From: an uncultured Opitutales bacterium
GTDB taxonomy: Bacteria > Verrucomicrobiota > Verrucomicrobiia > Opitutales > Intestinicryptomonadaceae
Direction: 5' to 3'
Length of the DNA: 32,000 nucleotides
NCBI GenBank assembly: GCA_934660865.1
Contig: CAKUIA010000003.1
Location: forward strand, 89,703-121,702
Shown: positions 16,816 to 25,724 of the stretch, one piece after another
Layout: each line of letters opens with the position of its first letter
Position numbering within the stretch: position 1 is the first letter of the stretch
Program-made: the position numbers and the translations under genes
Notes under the pieces: model-generated
Databases searched by the model: none
What the model saw: the letters and a program-made list of their open reading frames with translations, nothing else
Told to the model about the DNA's origin: nothing

Positions 16816-17487
16816 TTAGTTTATCGCGTTTAAGATTAAGTCGCCCAAAAAGTATAGCGCCGACATTATCGAGCCTATTAAAAAGCTTATAAACCTCCGT
16901 ATGGGAGCAAAGTTTATCATAAGCAAAATTATGATAAAGCCGTACGACGAAAGCCTTGCATACGCAAGTTCGCCCATGCCTACGGCGTGTTTTAGAATGC
17001 GCGAGCCGTCTAGCGGGGGGACGGGCAGCATGTTGAACACGAACAGCACAATGTTTATTTCCATTATGATTGCCGGAAGCCCCACATAGTTTTTAAGCCC
17101 CGCGGCATACAGCGCAACGGTAATAAGCAGGCATACCACGGCAAAAACCAGGTTCATAAAGGGACCCGCCAAAGTGCTTATAATGTCGTCGCGCACGCGG
17201 TGTTGCGGGTTTGGTAGCGAAACTCTTACGGGCTTTGCCCACCCGAAAATCATAAAGCCTCCGCCGTACGAAACCGAGCTTATTATCATAAGCAGCGGCA
17301 AAATCACGGTGCCGAGCATGTCTATGTGCACAAGCGGGTTTAGCGAAACCCTGCCGTCCAGGCGCGGCAGAGGGTCTCCGAGGCGGTCGGCGGCGTAGGC
17401 GTGCCCGAACTCGTGCACGGTTAGCGCCATAAGCAATGCAATATATGCAATGCCGCTTTCCGATAAAATGCGTGCTATGTTTTCCAT
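16816..17487 (-). CDS. M50-family (site-2 protease-like) membrane zinc metalloprotease
   Basis: 223 aa, polytopic. HEFGHAYAA (HExxH) in the first TM region and a second conserved NMLPVPPLDGSRIL motif. Confidence 0.85.
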   Translation of the reverse strand: MENIARILSESGIAYIALLMALTVHEFGHAYAADRLGDPLPRLDGRVSLNPLVHIDMLGTVILPLLMIISSVSYGGGFMIFGWAKPVRVSLPNPQHRVRDDIISTLAGPFMNLVFAVVCLLITVALYAAGLKNYVGLPAIIMEINIVLFVFNMLPVPPLDGSRILKHAVGMGELAYARLSSYGFIIILLMINFAPIRRFISFLIGSIMSALYFLGDLILNAIN

Positions 17488-17491
17488 AAAA

Positions 17492-18358
17492 TTATTTTGC
17501 CTTTATTATGTTTTCTATGCGTTGTCTTTCGTCTTTTAGCTGCGGCAAATCCACCAAAGCCAAAGTTTGCAGGGCTTGCTTGTCTTTGTAAAGCTCGGCA
17601 AGAACCCTGGCTTTGCCCAGCAGCGCCGTCTGTTTTTCAAGATTAAGACTGCAAGTTTTTATGTAGTCGTCCCAGGCGGGCAGGGCGTTGCTCCAGTCGG
17701 CCTCGGTTTTCTCGAAAAACGACTTTGCAAAGCGCTCTTTTATCTGTTTATTGCCGTTGCTTAGCAGGACGGCCTTTTTAAAGGAATCGGTAATTTCCCT
17801 GTTAAGGTTTTGGTAGTTTGTGTTTAAAATTACAATGTATTGGTCTTTTAACGCCAAAAGCAGTTCCGCATATTGGTATACATATGTTGCGCAGTCTGCC
17901 TCCAGAGTCATTGCCTCTTTGATATGCCCAAGCGCCTTTTCGGCCATTGCGCAGTCGCCCTCGTACGAGGCAAGCTGCTGGTTAACCACCGCAATGTTCG
18001 GGTTTTTGCTTTGCACCTGCAAAAATATTTTGTAGGCGGGCAGGTCTTCGCCTATGCTTCTTAGAAATTTGCCGTATAAAATTTTGGCTTGCAGATCGTC
18101 TTCGTAGCGGTCTATATACGAATTCCAGCGGGCGTTAAGCTTGCGGTATTTGTCGGCAAGCTCGCCGCTTTTTTCGGAAAGGGAATGTTTTTTTGCGCTT
18201 TCAATCAATGCCTTTTGGTCGTCCAAAATTTCGAAAAGCTCCATCTTTGCCATCGAAAGCGACTGCACGCGCTTGGGCTTTTTATCCGTGTCGGTAGACG
18301 AGCACGCGCATAAAAAAAGCGCGGCAAAAAGGGCGGAAACTGCAAAAAGTCGGTACAT
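17492..18358 (-). CDS. probable lipoprotein with TPR-like helical repeats
   Basis: Start taken at MYRLFAVSALFAALFLCACSS (ATG 18358) rather than the track start 18460, which would overlap the upstream fmdB gene by about 100 nt. The remainder is helical and repeat-like. Confidence 0.7.
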   Translation of the reverse strand: MYRLFAVSALFAALFLCACSSTDTDKKPKRVQSLSMAKMELFEILDDQKALIESAKKHSLSEKSGELADKYRKLNARWNSYIDRYEDDLQAKILYGKFLRSIGEDLPAYKIFLQVQSKNPNIAVVNQQLASYEGDCAMAEKALGHIKEAMTLEADCATYVYQYAELLLALKDQYIVILNTNYQNLNREITDSFKKAVLLSNGNKQIKERFAKSFFEKTEADWSNALPAWDDYIKTCSLNLEKQTALLGKARVLAELYKDKQALQTLALVDLPQLKDERQRIENIIKAK

Positions 18359-18359
18359 T

Positions 18360-18587
18360 CTAACGGTTTCGACAGCAGCGGCAACCGCAATGTTCCGAAT
18401 GTCTGTGCGGGCTTTCGCAGGCGCATTGGCAAGGGGGCTGCTTTTGCGATTTTGCCGCAAAAAGGCTGGGCAGCTTTTTTACCGACCTAGAGCCGCATTC
18501 GGGGCACTTCGGTTTTTCCGAAGCCGTTTTTGTTATGGCTTCGAATTGAGTTTGGCATTTTGAGCATTTAAAATCGAATATCGGCAT
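18360..18587 (-). CDS. FmdB-family zinc-ribbon protein (putative regulatory protein)
   Basis: 75 aa. MPIFDFKCSKCQTQFE...KCPECGS is the CxxC...CxxC signature, with a Cys/His-rich tail. Confidence 0.8.
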   Translation of the reverse strand: MPIFDFKCSKCQTQFEAITKTASEKPKCPECGSRSVKKLPSLFAAKSQKQPPCQCACESPHRHSEHCGCRCCRNR

Positions 18588-18590
18588 TTT

Positions 18591-19778
18591 TTAAAATATA
18601 TCGGCGGGGTTTGCAGACCTTAGCTTGCGCGTTGCAAGCAGCCCCGCTACAGCGCACATAAACAGCGTAAGGAAAAATACTATGGCAAGATTTTCGACCG
18701 ACAAATAAGTCGGCATATAGGCGAATGTTCTGGTTAAATAATACAAAACTTCGGCGAAAAGCGCTCCCGGTATAAAGCCCAAGAACGACAAAATCAGCGA
18801 TTCCTGCAATATTATCTTAACAAAAAAACCGTCGTCGAAGCCTATGGCCTTAAGCGTTGCATATTCGGGAATGTGGTCGCTTACGTCGGTATACAAAATT
18901 TGGTATACTATTACGGCTCCCACGAAAATTGCAACGGCCATTGAAGCGCCTATAACAAAGCCTATGGGGGTTCTTACCGCCCAATATTCCTTTTCGTTTT
19001 TAATGAAGTCGTCGCGGGTCATAACAACGGCGTCTTTGGGGAATATTTTTTTTAGCTCTTTAACCGCCTGCTTTGCCGAGGCGTTCGGCTTTAGCTTTAT
19101 AACGCCAACATTTACGGTTTGCGAAGTGTCGCGCATTATTTTGTCGAAAGTGTCCAAACTCATCAAAACATTGCCGTCGGCGGCAAAGGTTGCCCCAATC
19201 GAAATAAGGCCGCCTATTTTTGTCCTGATTCCCGACAACTCGGTTTCGACAGCGCCTTTTTTTGCAAAAAGTCCGGAAATGTCGCCGTATTGGTCGCGCG
19301 AAAGCCTGTCGAACAAAACATAGTTGCCCTTCTTTAAAACGTTTTGGTTGGCAATTATTTCGGGATCTGCAAAAACCTTTTTGGAAGGGTCGAAAGCTAT
19401 GGTGAAAATGTCGCGTTCCAGCCCCGTAGACGGGTTTTTAAACGACATTCCGCCGAGTTTTACCGCCTGCGCCGATTCTACCGAATCTACCGCATAACAT
19501 TGGTTTAGCCTTACTTTTGGGAAACCCCTGCCGACCCCGAAATATTCGTAGTTGTAGCCTACAACAAAAACATCGCCGTCGAGCAAAAGAATGGGGGCAA
19601 CCACCTGCTTAAAAAGCGCGCCCCTTAGCCCCATTTGGAAGAGCATCATTGTAACGGCAAAGGTAATGCCCGCAATGGCCACAAAAAACCTTTTGCGCTC
19701 GCTTGTAAGCTGAAGCCACGAAAGGGGTATTTGCAGCGGAAATATCCTTTCGAACAGCGGTTTTTTGCGGTGCAACAT
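18591..19778 (-). CDS. devC: ABC exporter permease, FtsX/MacB-like, DevC family
   Basis: 395 aa. N-terminal TM helix, large periplasmic domain and a C-terminal FtsX-type 3-TM bundle. Sits downstream of the DevB-like fusion protein. Confidence 0.75.
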   Translation of the reverse strand: MLHRKKPLFERIFPLQIPLSWLQLTSERKRFFVAIAGITFAVTMMLFQMGLRGALFKQVVAPILLLDGDVFVVGYNYEYFGVGRGFPKVRLNQCYAVDSVESAQAVKLGGMSFKNPSTGLERDIFTIAFDPSKKVFADPEIIANQNVLKKGNYVLFDRLSRDQYGDISGLFAKKGAVETELSGIRTKIGGLISIGATFAADGNVLMSLDTFDKIMRDTSQTVNVGVIKLKPNASAKQAVKELKKIFPKDAVVMTRDDFIKNEKEYWAVRTPIGFVIGASMAVAIFVGAVIVYQILYTDVSDHIPEYATLKAIGFDDGFFVKIILQESLILSFLGFIPGALFAEVLYYLTRTFAYMPTYLSVENLAIVFFLTLFMCAVAGLLATRKLRSANPADIF

Positions 19779-19800
19779 AGCTTGTTTTTGCCCTGAAATT

Positions 19801-20712
19801 CTACTTAAGCAAAATCCTTACGTCTACCTGCGAGCCTATAAGCGATTTTGCCTCTTGCGGGTTGTCCAGCTTTATCTTTACGGGAACAACTCTGGAATTT
19901 GTAAAGTCGCTCGGGTCGCTCGAAAACAGGTTGTTGTTCTTTACATATTGCGAAATTTCAACCACTTTGCCCGACAGTGTTTTGCCGTTTCTGGCGTCGC
20001 TTTTGCACTGGGCTGCAAGGCCAACTTTTATTTTTTCTACATCGCTTTCGTATACCTCGGCGTCTACATACATAGCCGATGTGTCGGCAATTTCGCAAAT
20101 GCCTTCGCTTGCAACCATTTCGCCCGCTTTCGAGTAGGTTTCCACAACAACGCCCGCTATCGGCGAAGTTATAAAATATTCGTTGTAAAGGGCTTTTGCC
20201 TCTTCGTGGGCGGCGGTGGCGGCCGCAACATTCGCGTTTTCGTTGGCGATAACGGCCTTCAGCATTTCGCCTGCAAAGGCTATGTGGCGTTTAAGGGTAG
20301 CTTGCTCGAACTCAAGCTGTTCTTTTTCCCTGCGCGGAGGGTCTTTTTTCTCCAAAACATCTTTGTTTTGCTCGAAATTGCCCTTTAAGTCTTCCAAATT
20401 CTGCCTTTGCCTTAAAATATTTAATGCCGAAAGGCTTTTTGCGCGCTCAAGTTCGGCGGCCGAGCTTTTTAATGTTAAAAGCGCTTTGTCTGTTCCCGTA
20501 AGCTGGGCAATAACTTGTCCTTCTTTTACAAAGTCGCCTTTCTTTACGCACAGCTTGCCCAACAGTGTTGCGCCGGCCGTCGGGCTTGCCGCCGATACCC
20601 TATATACCGTGCCGTCGGGCGAAATTTTGCCCTTGCAGCCCACTGCGTCGATGTCGGCATACGCCGAAAAAACGGTTAAAGACGCCAAAATGCAAAGAAT
20701 GTATTTTTTCAT
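19801..20712 (-). CDS. devB: HlyD-type membrane fusion protein, DevB family
   Basis: 303 aa. Signal or anchor sequence, a biotinyl/lipoyl-like hairpin (KKGDFVKEGQVIAQL ... SPIAGVVV), a coiled coil and a beta-barrel domain. Confidence 0.8.
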   Translation of the reverse strand: MKKYILCILASLTVFSAYADIDAVGCKGKISPDGTVYRVSAASPTAGATLLGKLCVKKGDFVKEGQVIAQLTGTDKALLTLKSSAAELERAKSLSALNILRQRQNLEDLKGNFEQNKDVLEKKDPPRREKEQLEFEQATLKRHIAFAGEMLKAVIANENANVAAATAAHEEAKALYNEYFITSPIAGVVVETYSKAGEMVASEGICEIADTSAMYVDAEVYESDVEKIKVGLAAQCKSDARNGKTLSGKVVEISQYVKNNNLFSSDPSDFTNSRVVPVKIKLDNPQEAKSLIGSQVDVRILLK

Positions 20713-20721
20713 AAGGCGTAA

Positions 20722-20766
20722 ATTATTGAAAATTTTTTGAGGATTTCAATTTTATTATTGAAAATT
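20722..20766. repeat. two direct copies of ATTATTGAAAATT (20722-20734 and 20754-20766) in the devB/devA divergent promoter region
   Basis: Exact 13-nt direct repeat with 32 nt start-to-start spacing. Each copy contains TTGAAA. Confidence 0.6.
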
Positions 20767-20793
20767 AAACTCTAAAAAACGAGTCTATGAAAA

Positions 20794-21492
20794 GTGGACG
20801 CTTTAATAAAGGTAAGGGATTTGCGCCATTCTTATAAAGAGGGCGACGGCATAAAGGAGGTTTTGCACGGCATTAACCTGGATTTTATGCCGGGCGAAAT
20901 CGTAATAATAATGGGGCCAAGCGGCTCGGGCAAATCCACTTTGCTAAAGCTTATAGGCGCGCAGCTTACAATACAAGGCGGCGAAATAGAAATACACGGG
21001 CAGAAACTTAGCGGGGCAACGCAGGGCAAACTGCGCAGCATAAGGCGGAAAGTAGGCTTTATTTTCCAAAGCCACCATTTGCTAGACTCAATTAACGTTT
21101 TGCAAAACGTGCAGCTGCCGCTGGCTTTCGACGAGCGCCATACGGCGCAAACCTCGAAAAAGGCGGCGCAGGAAATGCTGGATATTGTAGGCGTAGGCAC
21201 GCAGTCGCACAAAAAGCCGCTTCACCTGTCGGGCGGGCAGCGCCAAAGGGTTGCCATTGCAAGGGCCTTGGTGCGCAAGCCACAGATAATTTTGGCCGAC
21301 GAGCCCACCGCTTCGCTGGACGAAAAGAACGGCAGGGACATTGTAGAGCTCATAAAAAAAATGTCGCGCGAGCTAAACGTTAGCGTTGTTTTAGTTACCC
21401 ACGACAACCGCATACTGGACATTGCCGACCGCATAATAAAGCTTGTAGACGGCAAATATGTAGGCGAGGAACGCCCGAACAAGCAGGGCTGA
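20794..21492 (+). CDS. devA: ABC transporter ATP-binding protein, DevA/MacB-ATPase-like
   Basis: 232 aa, GTG start. Walker A GPSGSGKST, signature LSGGQRQRVAIARAL, Walker B ILADEPTASLD. Confidence 0.9.
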   Translation: MDALIKVRDLRHSYKEGDGIKEVLHGINLDFMPGEIVIIMGPSGSGKSTLLKLIGAQLTIQGGEIEIHGQKLSGATQGKLRSIRRKVGFIFQSHHLLDSINVLQNVQLPLAFDERHTAQTSKKAAQEMLDIVGVGTQSHKKPLHLSGGQRQRVAIARALVRKPQIILADEPTASLDEKNGRDIVELIKKMSRELNVSVVLVTHDNRILDIADRIIKLVDGKYVGEERPNKQG

Positions 21493-21510
21493 ATTTTGTC
21501 TAAAAGTTTT

Positions 21511-21582
21511 GTTCCCATAGTTTAATGGATAAAACGGCGGTCTCCGGAACCGCAGATCTGGGTTCGATTCCCAGCGGGAACG
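21511..21582 (+). tRNA. tRNA-Arg (anticodon CCG)
   Basis: Hand-folded cloverleaf. Acceptor GTTCCCA/CGGGAAC with one A-C mismatch at 7-66. D stem GTTT/AAAC. Anticodon stem GCGGT/ACCGC with loop CTCCGGA. T arm CTGGG-TTCGATT-CCCAG. CCA is not encoded. Confidence 0.8.
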
Positions 21583-21591
21583 CTTTTTGTT

Positions 21592-22563
21592 TTACTGCTG
21601 TTTTTTGTTTTTGCAAATTTCGCTTGGCGGAATCTTAAAATGCCTTTTAAATGCCCTCGAAAACGAAAATGCGCTGGCATAACCCGTTCCCATTGCGGCC
21701 TCGCCGACCGTTTTGCCCGAATTTAAAACCCGCAATGCCCTGTCCATTTTTGTTTCGAACAGCGTTTTAGAGAGGGTTTTGCCGTTGCATTTTTCGCAAT
21801 ATTTGTCGAGCCTAGCCGAAGGCTTTTTTAGCGATTTTGCAAACGATTTTGCGCTTTTAGGCAGAATCTTGCCGTTTTTTATGGCGTTTAAATGCGCGTC
21901 AAAAAATTTGTCGGGGCTAACGGCCAGGCCGAATTTTTTTGCAAAATGGCGCCTAAAAACGGCGGCTATGGCGGTTGCGCAGCTTTCGCATACGGCAACC
22001 GAAGGGTTGTTTAGGTATATTTCGTCGCGGTAGGCGTGCGCCAAACACAAAATTTGCGAAGCCGCTTCGAAAGGGTAGTAGGCAACCCCGTTTAAGTCGC
22101 GCAAAACGCCGTTCCAGGAATCGTTGAAATGGCACCAAAATATTACGGCTTTGCCCCTTTCGACCGAAATTTGCACGTTTTCGAGATTGTGCGAAATAAG
22201 CAGAATGTCGCCCGCCTTTAGTGTGCTTATGCGGTTTGCATAGCGAAGCCTGATTGCTCCGCTTTCGATTAGCACAAAGTTTGTGTAGTTTGTTTTCCCG
22301 AAAATATGGAAATAGCCCTTTGCCTTTGCGGAAAAACCCGCATAGGTTATGCCGTGCTTTAAAAAGCTTTGCGGGGCGGTCTTTTTGGGCGCAATTATCT
22401 TTTTTGTATTTTTGTCGTTAACAAGGTGCTTCGGCATTAGAATGGTGGGGCGGCTAAGATATTCCTCCGACGTTTCATTTGTCCAAAACACGGTTAAATT
22501 TTCGTTCGAAAGCGTCCACAAATATTCCGATTTTTTGCGCATACCAATTTTTATGTTTTGCAT
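21592..22563 (-). CDS. AraC-family transcriptional regulator
   Basis: 323 aa. Cupin-like N-terminal sensing domain and a C-terminal double HTH (..GYASAFSFSRAFKRHFKIPPSE). Divergent from the putative glycoside hydrolase. Confidence 0.85.
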   Translation of the reverse strand: MQNIKIGMRKKSEYLWTLSNENLTVFWTNETSEEYLSRPTILMPKHLVNDKNTKKIIAPKKTAPQSFLKHGITYAGFSAKAKGYFHIFGKTNYTNFVLIESGAIRLRYANRISTLKAGDILLISHNLENVQISVERGKAVIFWCHFNDSWNGVLRDLNGVAYYPFEAASQILCLAHAYRDEIYLNNPSVAVCESCATAIAAVFRRHFAKKFGLAVSPDKFFDAHLNAIKNGKILPKSAKSFAKSLKKPSARLDKYCEKCNGKTLSKTLFETKMDRALRVLNSGKTVGEAAMGTGYASAFSFSRAFKRHFKIPPSEICKNKKQQ

Positions 22564-22630
22564 ACCATATTTTTATCTTGTTAATGCTGTCAACATAATA
22601 TAAAATTAGAATGTTAAAAGATTTACCACT

Positions 22631-24622
22631 ATGAATATGATGAAAGAAATTGTTATGTTTTCGGCCGCGCTGTGCGCCGCGCCGATTTTCGGGCAGGAAT
22701 ACAAAAGCCGGGTTAACGAAGATAAGATGCCCAGCTTTATTGCGGGTTCTTACATTCCCGACGCCAGCACGGCCTATGTGGGCGCGCCCTTGTACTACTA
22801 CTTTAACATATGCAAGTCGGGCATAGACTGGAACGAGCGCAACTTTATTGTCGGCGACAGGATTGTGCACGCCAATGTGCACTGGCTGCGCGACTACATT
22901 CTCATCTTGAAAAGCCGCCGCTATACCGACGCCGAAATCAAGTCGTTTTACGACCTTGTGCTCGACGAACAAACCCCCGACGGATTTTTCTACGAAATTA
23001 TAACATCGCTAAACGATGTTCACGGCAACGACATTGTTTCGCAAAAGTTTAGGAAGATTTTGCCCAACACGGGTTTTGGCCTGGCACGCTTAGAGATTGA
23101 AGCCGATATAGAATACCTTTGCGTAGAGGGCGCCTACTATATTTGGCAGGCAACGGGCGACGACAACTGGCTTAAAAAGGCGATGCCCAAACTCGAAAAG
23201 GGCTTAAATTATATTATGACCGATCCCACGCGTTGGGACAAATCGCACAACTTGGCAAAAAGAGTTTACACTATCGACACTTGGGACTTTATAAACGCTC
23301 CCTACAGCGGTTTTGATCGAAGCATTATGCCCGACAACCCCATGGGCGCAATGCACGGCGACAATACGGGGCTTTGCAACGCAATGTATTTGATGGGGCA
23401 AATGTACTCGCATTTGGGCGACAAGGCCGCCGCCGAAAAGTGGAACAAAAAATACGGCGAATTTAAGGAGAACGTAAACAAACATTTGTGGAACGGCCGC
23501 TTTTACAAGCACTACCTCGAGCTTGACAAGGCCAACTTAGGAGTAGACTTGGCAAACCAGCTTAGCTTGTCGAATTCGTACAACCTAAACAGGAATGTTG
23601 CAAGCCCCCAACAATGCCGCTTAATATTGCAAAGCTACCGTCGCATGCGCGAAAACTACGGCGGGCTTTACGACGACTTTAGAACATTAGACCCGTCTTT
23701 CCCCGTATTTAACGGCTATAAGGCGGGCAGGTATACCAACGGCGGAGTGGGCTTTTATGTTGCAGGCCAGCTTGCGGTGGGCGCATTCGAAAACGGCATG
23801 GAAGACTACGGTGTAGACATACTAATGCGCACGGGCAACAAGGTGTATAAAACGGGCAAAATTTCGTTTTTGTACGACTATGCCGGCAACGATACCGCCG
23901 GCGGGCCCAGAAGCTGGGTGGGTGCCGAATTGATGTATGCGCAAACACGTGGCTTGGCGGGCGTTGTAGACAACGGCAAGCTTTTTAAAGACATAACGCT
24001 TTCGCCCAGATTCGTCTATACAAAAGAAAGAAAGGCTCGGGTATTCCTGAAATATCCCGTTTCGGGCGCGTTTGTAGACTATTCTTTTGAATGGCAAAAA
24101 CCCGAAAACAAAATTCTGTTTACCCTATATTCAAAGCACGACAAAACAAAGCTTAGAATGCTTATGCCGCCTTGCGCAATCAACCCGAAAATCAGCGTAA
24201 ACGGCAAAACCCTTAAGTCGTCCATAGAAGATGTGTTCGGTAGCAAATATTTGGTGGTAGAAAACTTCCCGTCTAACAGCCGTGCCGTTATAGACTACCA
24301 AATGCCCGTAGAGGTTGTTCCTTTTGCGAATATGTCTCGCAATACACTCTTTACGTATATGATAAACAATTCCGACAAGGATTTGGAATGCGAGCTAGAC
24401 GTTCAACTTTCGGGCTATAAGAGCATTGTAAAACGCAAGTTTACGCTGTTTGCGCACGAAAAGCGCCACGTCGAAATTTTGTCGCTTAAAAACGCGGCAA
24501 AAGACGGCAGTGCCCCGCGCATAATCTTAAAATGCGGCGAAAATACATTCAAAGTTCCCTTTACGCTGTCGGACAAGATAGACCGCAGAACATTTATGCT
24601 TAACGACGAATTCCCGTACTAA
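22631..24622 (+). CDS. secreted putative glycoside hydrolase ((alpha/alpha)6-barrel-like), family not assigned
   Basis: 663 aa with a signal peptide. Trp/Tyr/Asp-rich blocks (YTIDTWDF, MHGDNTGLCNAMYLMGQMY, KHLWNGRFYKHY) resemble six-hairpin glycosidases. An AraC regulator is adjacent. The family cannot be called without a search. Confidence 0.45.
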   Translation: MNMMKEIVMFSAALCAAPIFGQEYKSRVNEDKMPSFIAGSYIPDASTAYVGAPLYYYFNICKSGIDWNERNFIVGDRIVHANVHWLRDYILILKSRRYTDAEIKSFYDLVLDEQTPDGFFYEIITSLNDVHGNDIVSQKFRKILPNTGFGLARLEIEADIEYLCVEGAYYIWQATGDDNWLKKAMPKLEKGLNYIMTDPTRWDKSHNLAKRVYTIDTWDFINAPYSGFDRSIMPDNPMGAMHGDNTGLCNAMYLMGQMYSHLGDKAAAEKWNKKYGEFKENVNKHLWNGRFYKHYLELDKANLGVDLANQLSLSNSYNLNRNVASPQQCRLILQSYRRMRENYGGLYDDFRTLDPSFPVFNGYKAGRYTNGGVGFYVAGQLAVGAFENGMEDYGVDILMRTGNKVYKTGKISFLYDYAGNDTAGGPRSWVGAELMYAQTRGLAGVVDNGKLFKDITLSPRFVYTKERKARVFLKYPVSGAFVDYSFEWQKPENKILFTLYSKHDKTKLRMLMPPCAINPKISVNGKTLKSSIEDVFGSKYLVVENFPSNSRAVIDYQMPVEVVPFANMSRNTLFTYMINNSDKDLECELDVQLSGYKSIVKRKFTLFAHEKRHVEILSLKNAAKDGSAPRIILKCGENTFKVPFTLSDKIDRRTFMLNDEFPY

Positions 24623-24654
24623 CGGCAAATTCGGTTTAAAAAACTTTTGCAACG

Positions 24655-24683
24655 GCGCAGGGCGAACCCCCCTGCGCTTTTTT
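24655..24683 (+). terminator. rho-independent terminator after the hydrolase gene
   Basis: Stem GCGCAGGG/CCCTGCGC with a 7-nt loop, followed by T6. Confidence 0.75.
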
Positions 24684-24720
24684 GCGCCCGCGCATACTTA
24701 TAGTGTGTGCTATAAAAGTC

Positions 24721-24750
24721 TTGCAAAAACAACAATGAGGCGTCTATAAT
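24721..24750 (+). promoter_or_regulatory. sigma70-type promoter TTGCAA-18-TATAAT
   Basis: -35 TTGCAA at 24721-24726 and -10 TATAAT at 24745-24750, about 50 nt upstream of the ATG at 24801. Confidence 0.55.
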
Positions 24751-24800
24751 CTAAACAACTAAGCCGTGCTTTTGCGGCGTTGAATTTTAGGAACAATCAC

Positions 24801-25715
24801 ATGTCTATTATGAGCGGAAAGTCTATAAAACACATATTTCAAACAATGCTTTTGCTGTTGTGCGCCGGTTGCACCATAACGGGCGATTCCTTTTGCCGAC
24901 CGCTGGAAAATTCCGTTGCAAAATACGCAAAAATGCGCAGCGCGGGCGTTGTTGCTACAGGAGTAAATTTTGAGATTGTTTTGGACAAATCTTTTGCCGG
25001 GCAACTTTTCGAAAAACTCGAGGCATTGCCGCTTTTTGCCGATTCTTGTTCGGGCAATAATTCGGCTTTGCAGTTGGCAAATTCCCTTAAAAATGGCGTC
25101 CAATTTTATTCGGATAAAAAATTCGCGTTTTATGTGCGCAATACCGATTTAAAAACAGTTTTGCTTTCTTTGCAGGAAAGCGGAAAGGGAGGGTCGGGTA
25201 TGGGCGTTGGCGACGAGTTTTGCGTGCTCGGCAAAAAAGTTGGCATTTATAGCGCAAAGAGAAAATCTTTGGACGAATGGCCCATGACAGAGGGCGACAA
25301 AAAATACGCGCAGTCGCCCCTAGTGTCCACTTTTTTGGTAAACCCGTATCTTAATTTTATGGTAAAAGGCCCAAATGGCGTAAGCGTTCAATACGAAAAA
25401 CAAAAACAAGATTGCTTTGCGGAACTAACTAGTTATGGGGAAATTTGCACGCGCTCTTTATATCAATGCAAAAACGGCTTTGCCTTTATTAAGTCTATGC
25501 AAACATATGGGTGCGACAACGCCGAAAAAATTTTGCATACGGCAATTTTCCGCAATTATATAGCCTATAAAGACGTATATTTTCCGACCCTTTTGGCGGA
25601 TATTTGCGGGGTGTACGACAACAAATTTAAAGTTCGGATTACGGTTATAGAAAGTTTTAAAAGCGAAAATTTAAGCGACGATGTCTTTAAAATTATGCAG
25701 AAAAGGCAACCTTAA
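24801..25715 (+). CDS. hypothetical exported protein or lipoprotein
   Basis: Start taken at ATG 24801 (AGGA 8 nt upstream). The signal sequence ends LLLLCAGCTITG. No family recognised. The C-terminal half vaguely recalls LolA-like sorting-fold proteins (inference only). Confidence 0.65.
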   Translation: MSIMSGKSIKHIFQTMLLLLCAGCTITGDSFCRPLENSVAKYAKMRSAGVVATGVNFEIVLDKSFAGQLFEKLEALPLFADSCSGNNSALQLANSLKNGVQFYSDKKFAFYVRNTDLKTVLLSLQESGKGGSGMGVGDEFCVLGKKVGIYSAKRKSLDEWPMTEGDKKYAQSPLVSTFLVNPYLNFMVKGPNGVSVQYEKQKQDCFAELTSYGEICTRSLYQCKNGFAFIKSMQTYGCDNAEKILHTAIFRNYIAYKDVYFPTLLADICGVYDNKFKVRITVIESFKSENLSDDVFKIMQKRQP

Positions 25716-25724
25716 TGCGCCATT

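Noticed and set aside
22475-22972. 165-aa ORF on the minus strand
   Set aside because: It overlaps the AraC start, the divergent promoter and the hydrolase 5' end in antisense. It has no motifs.
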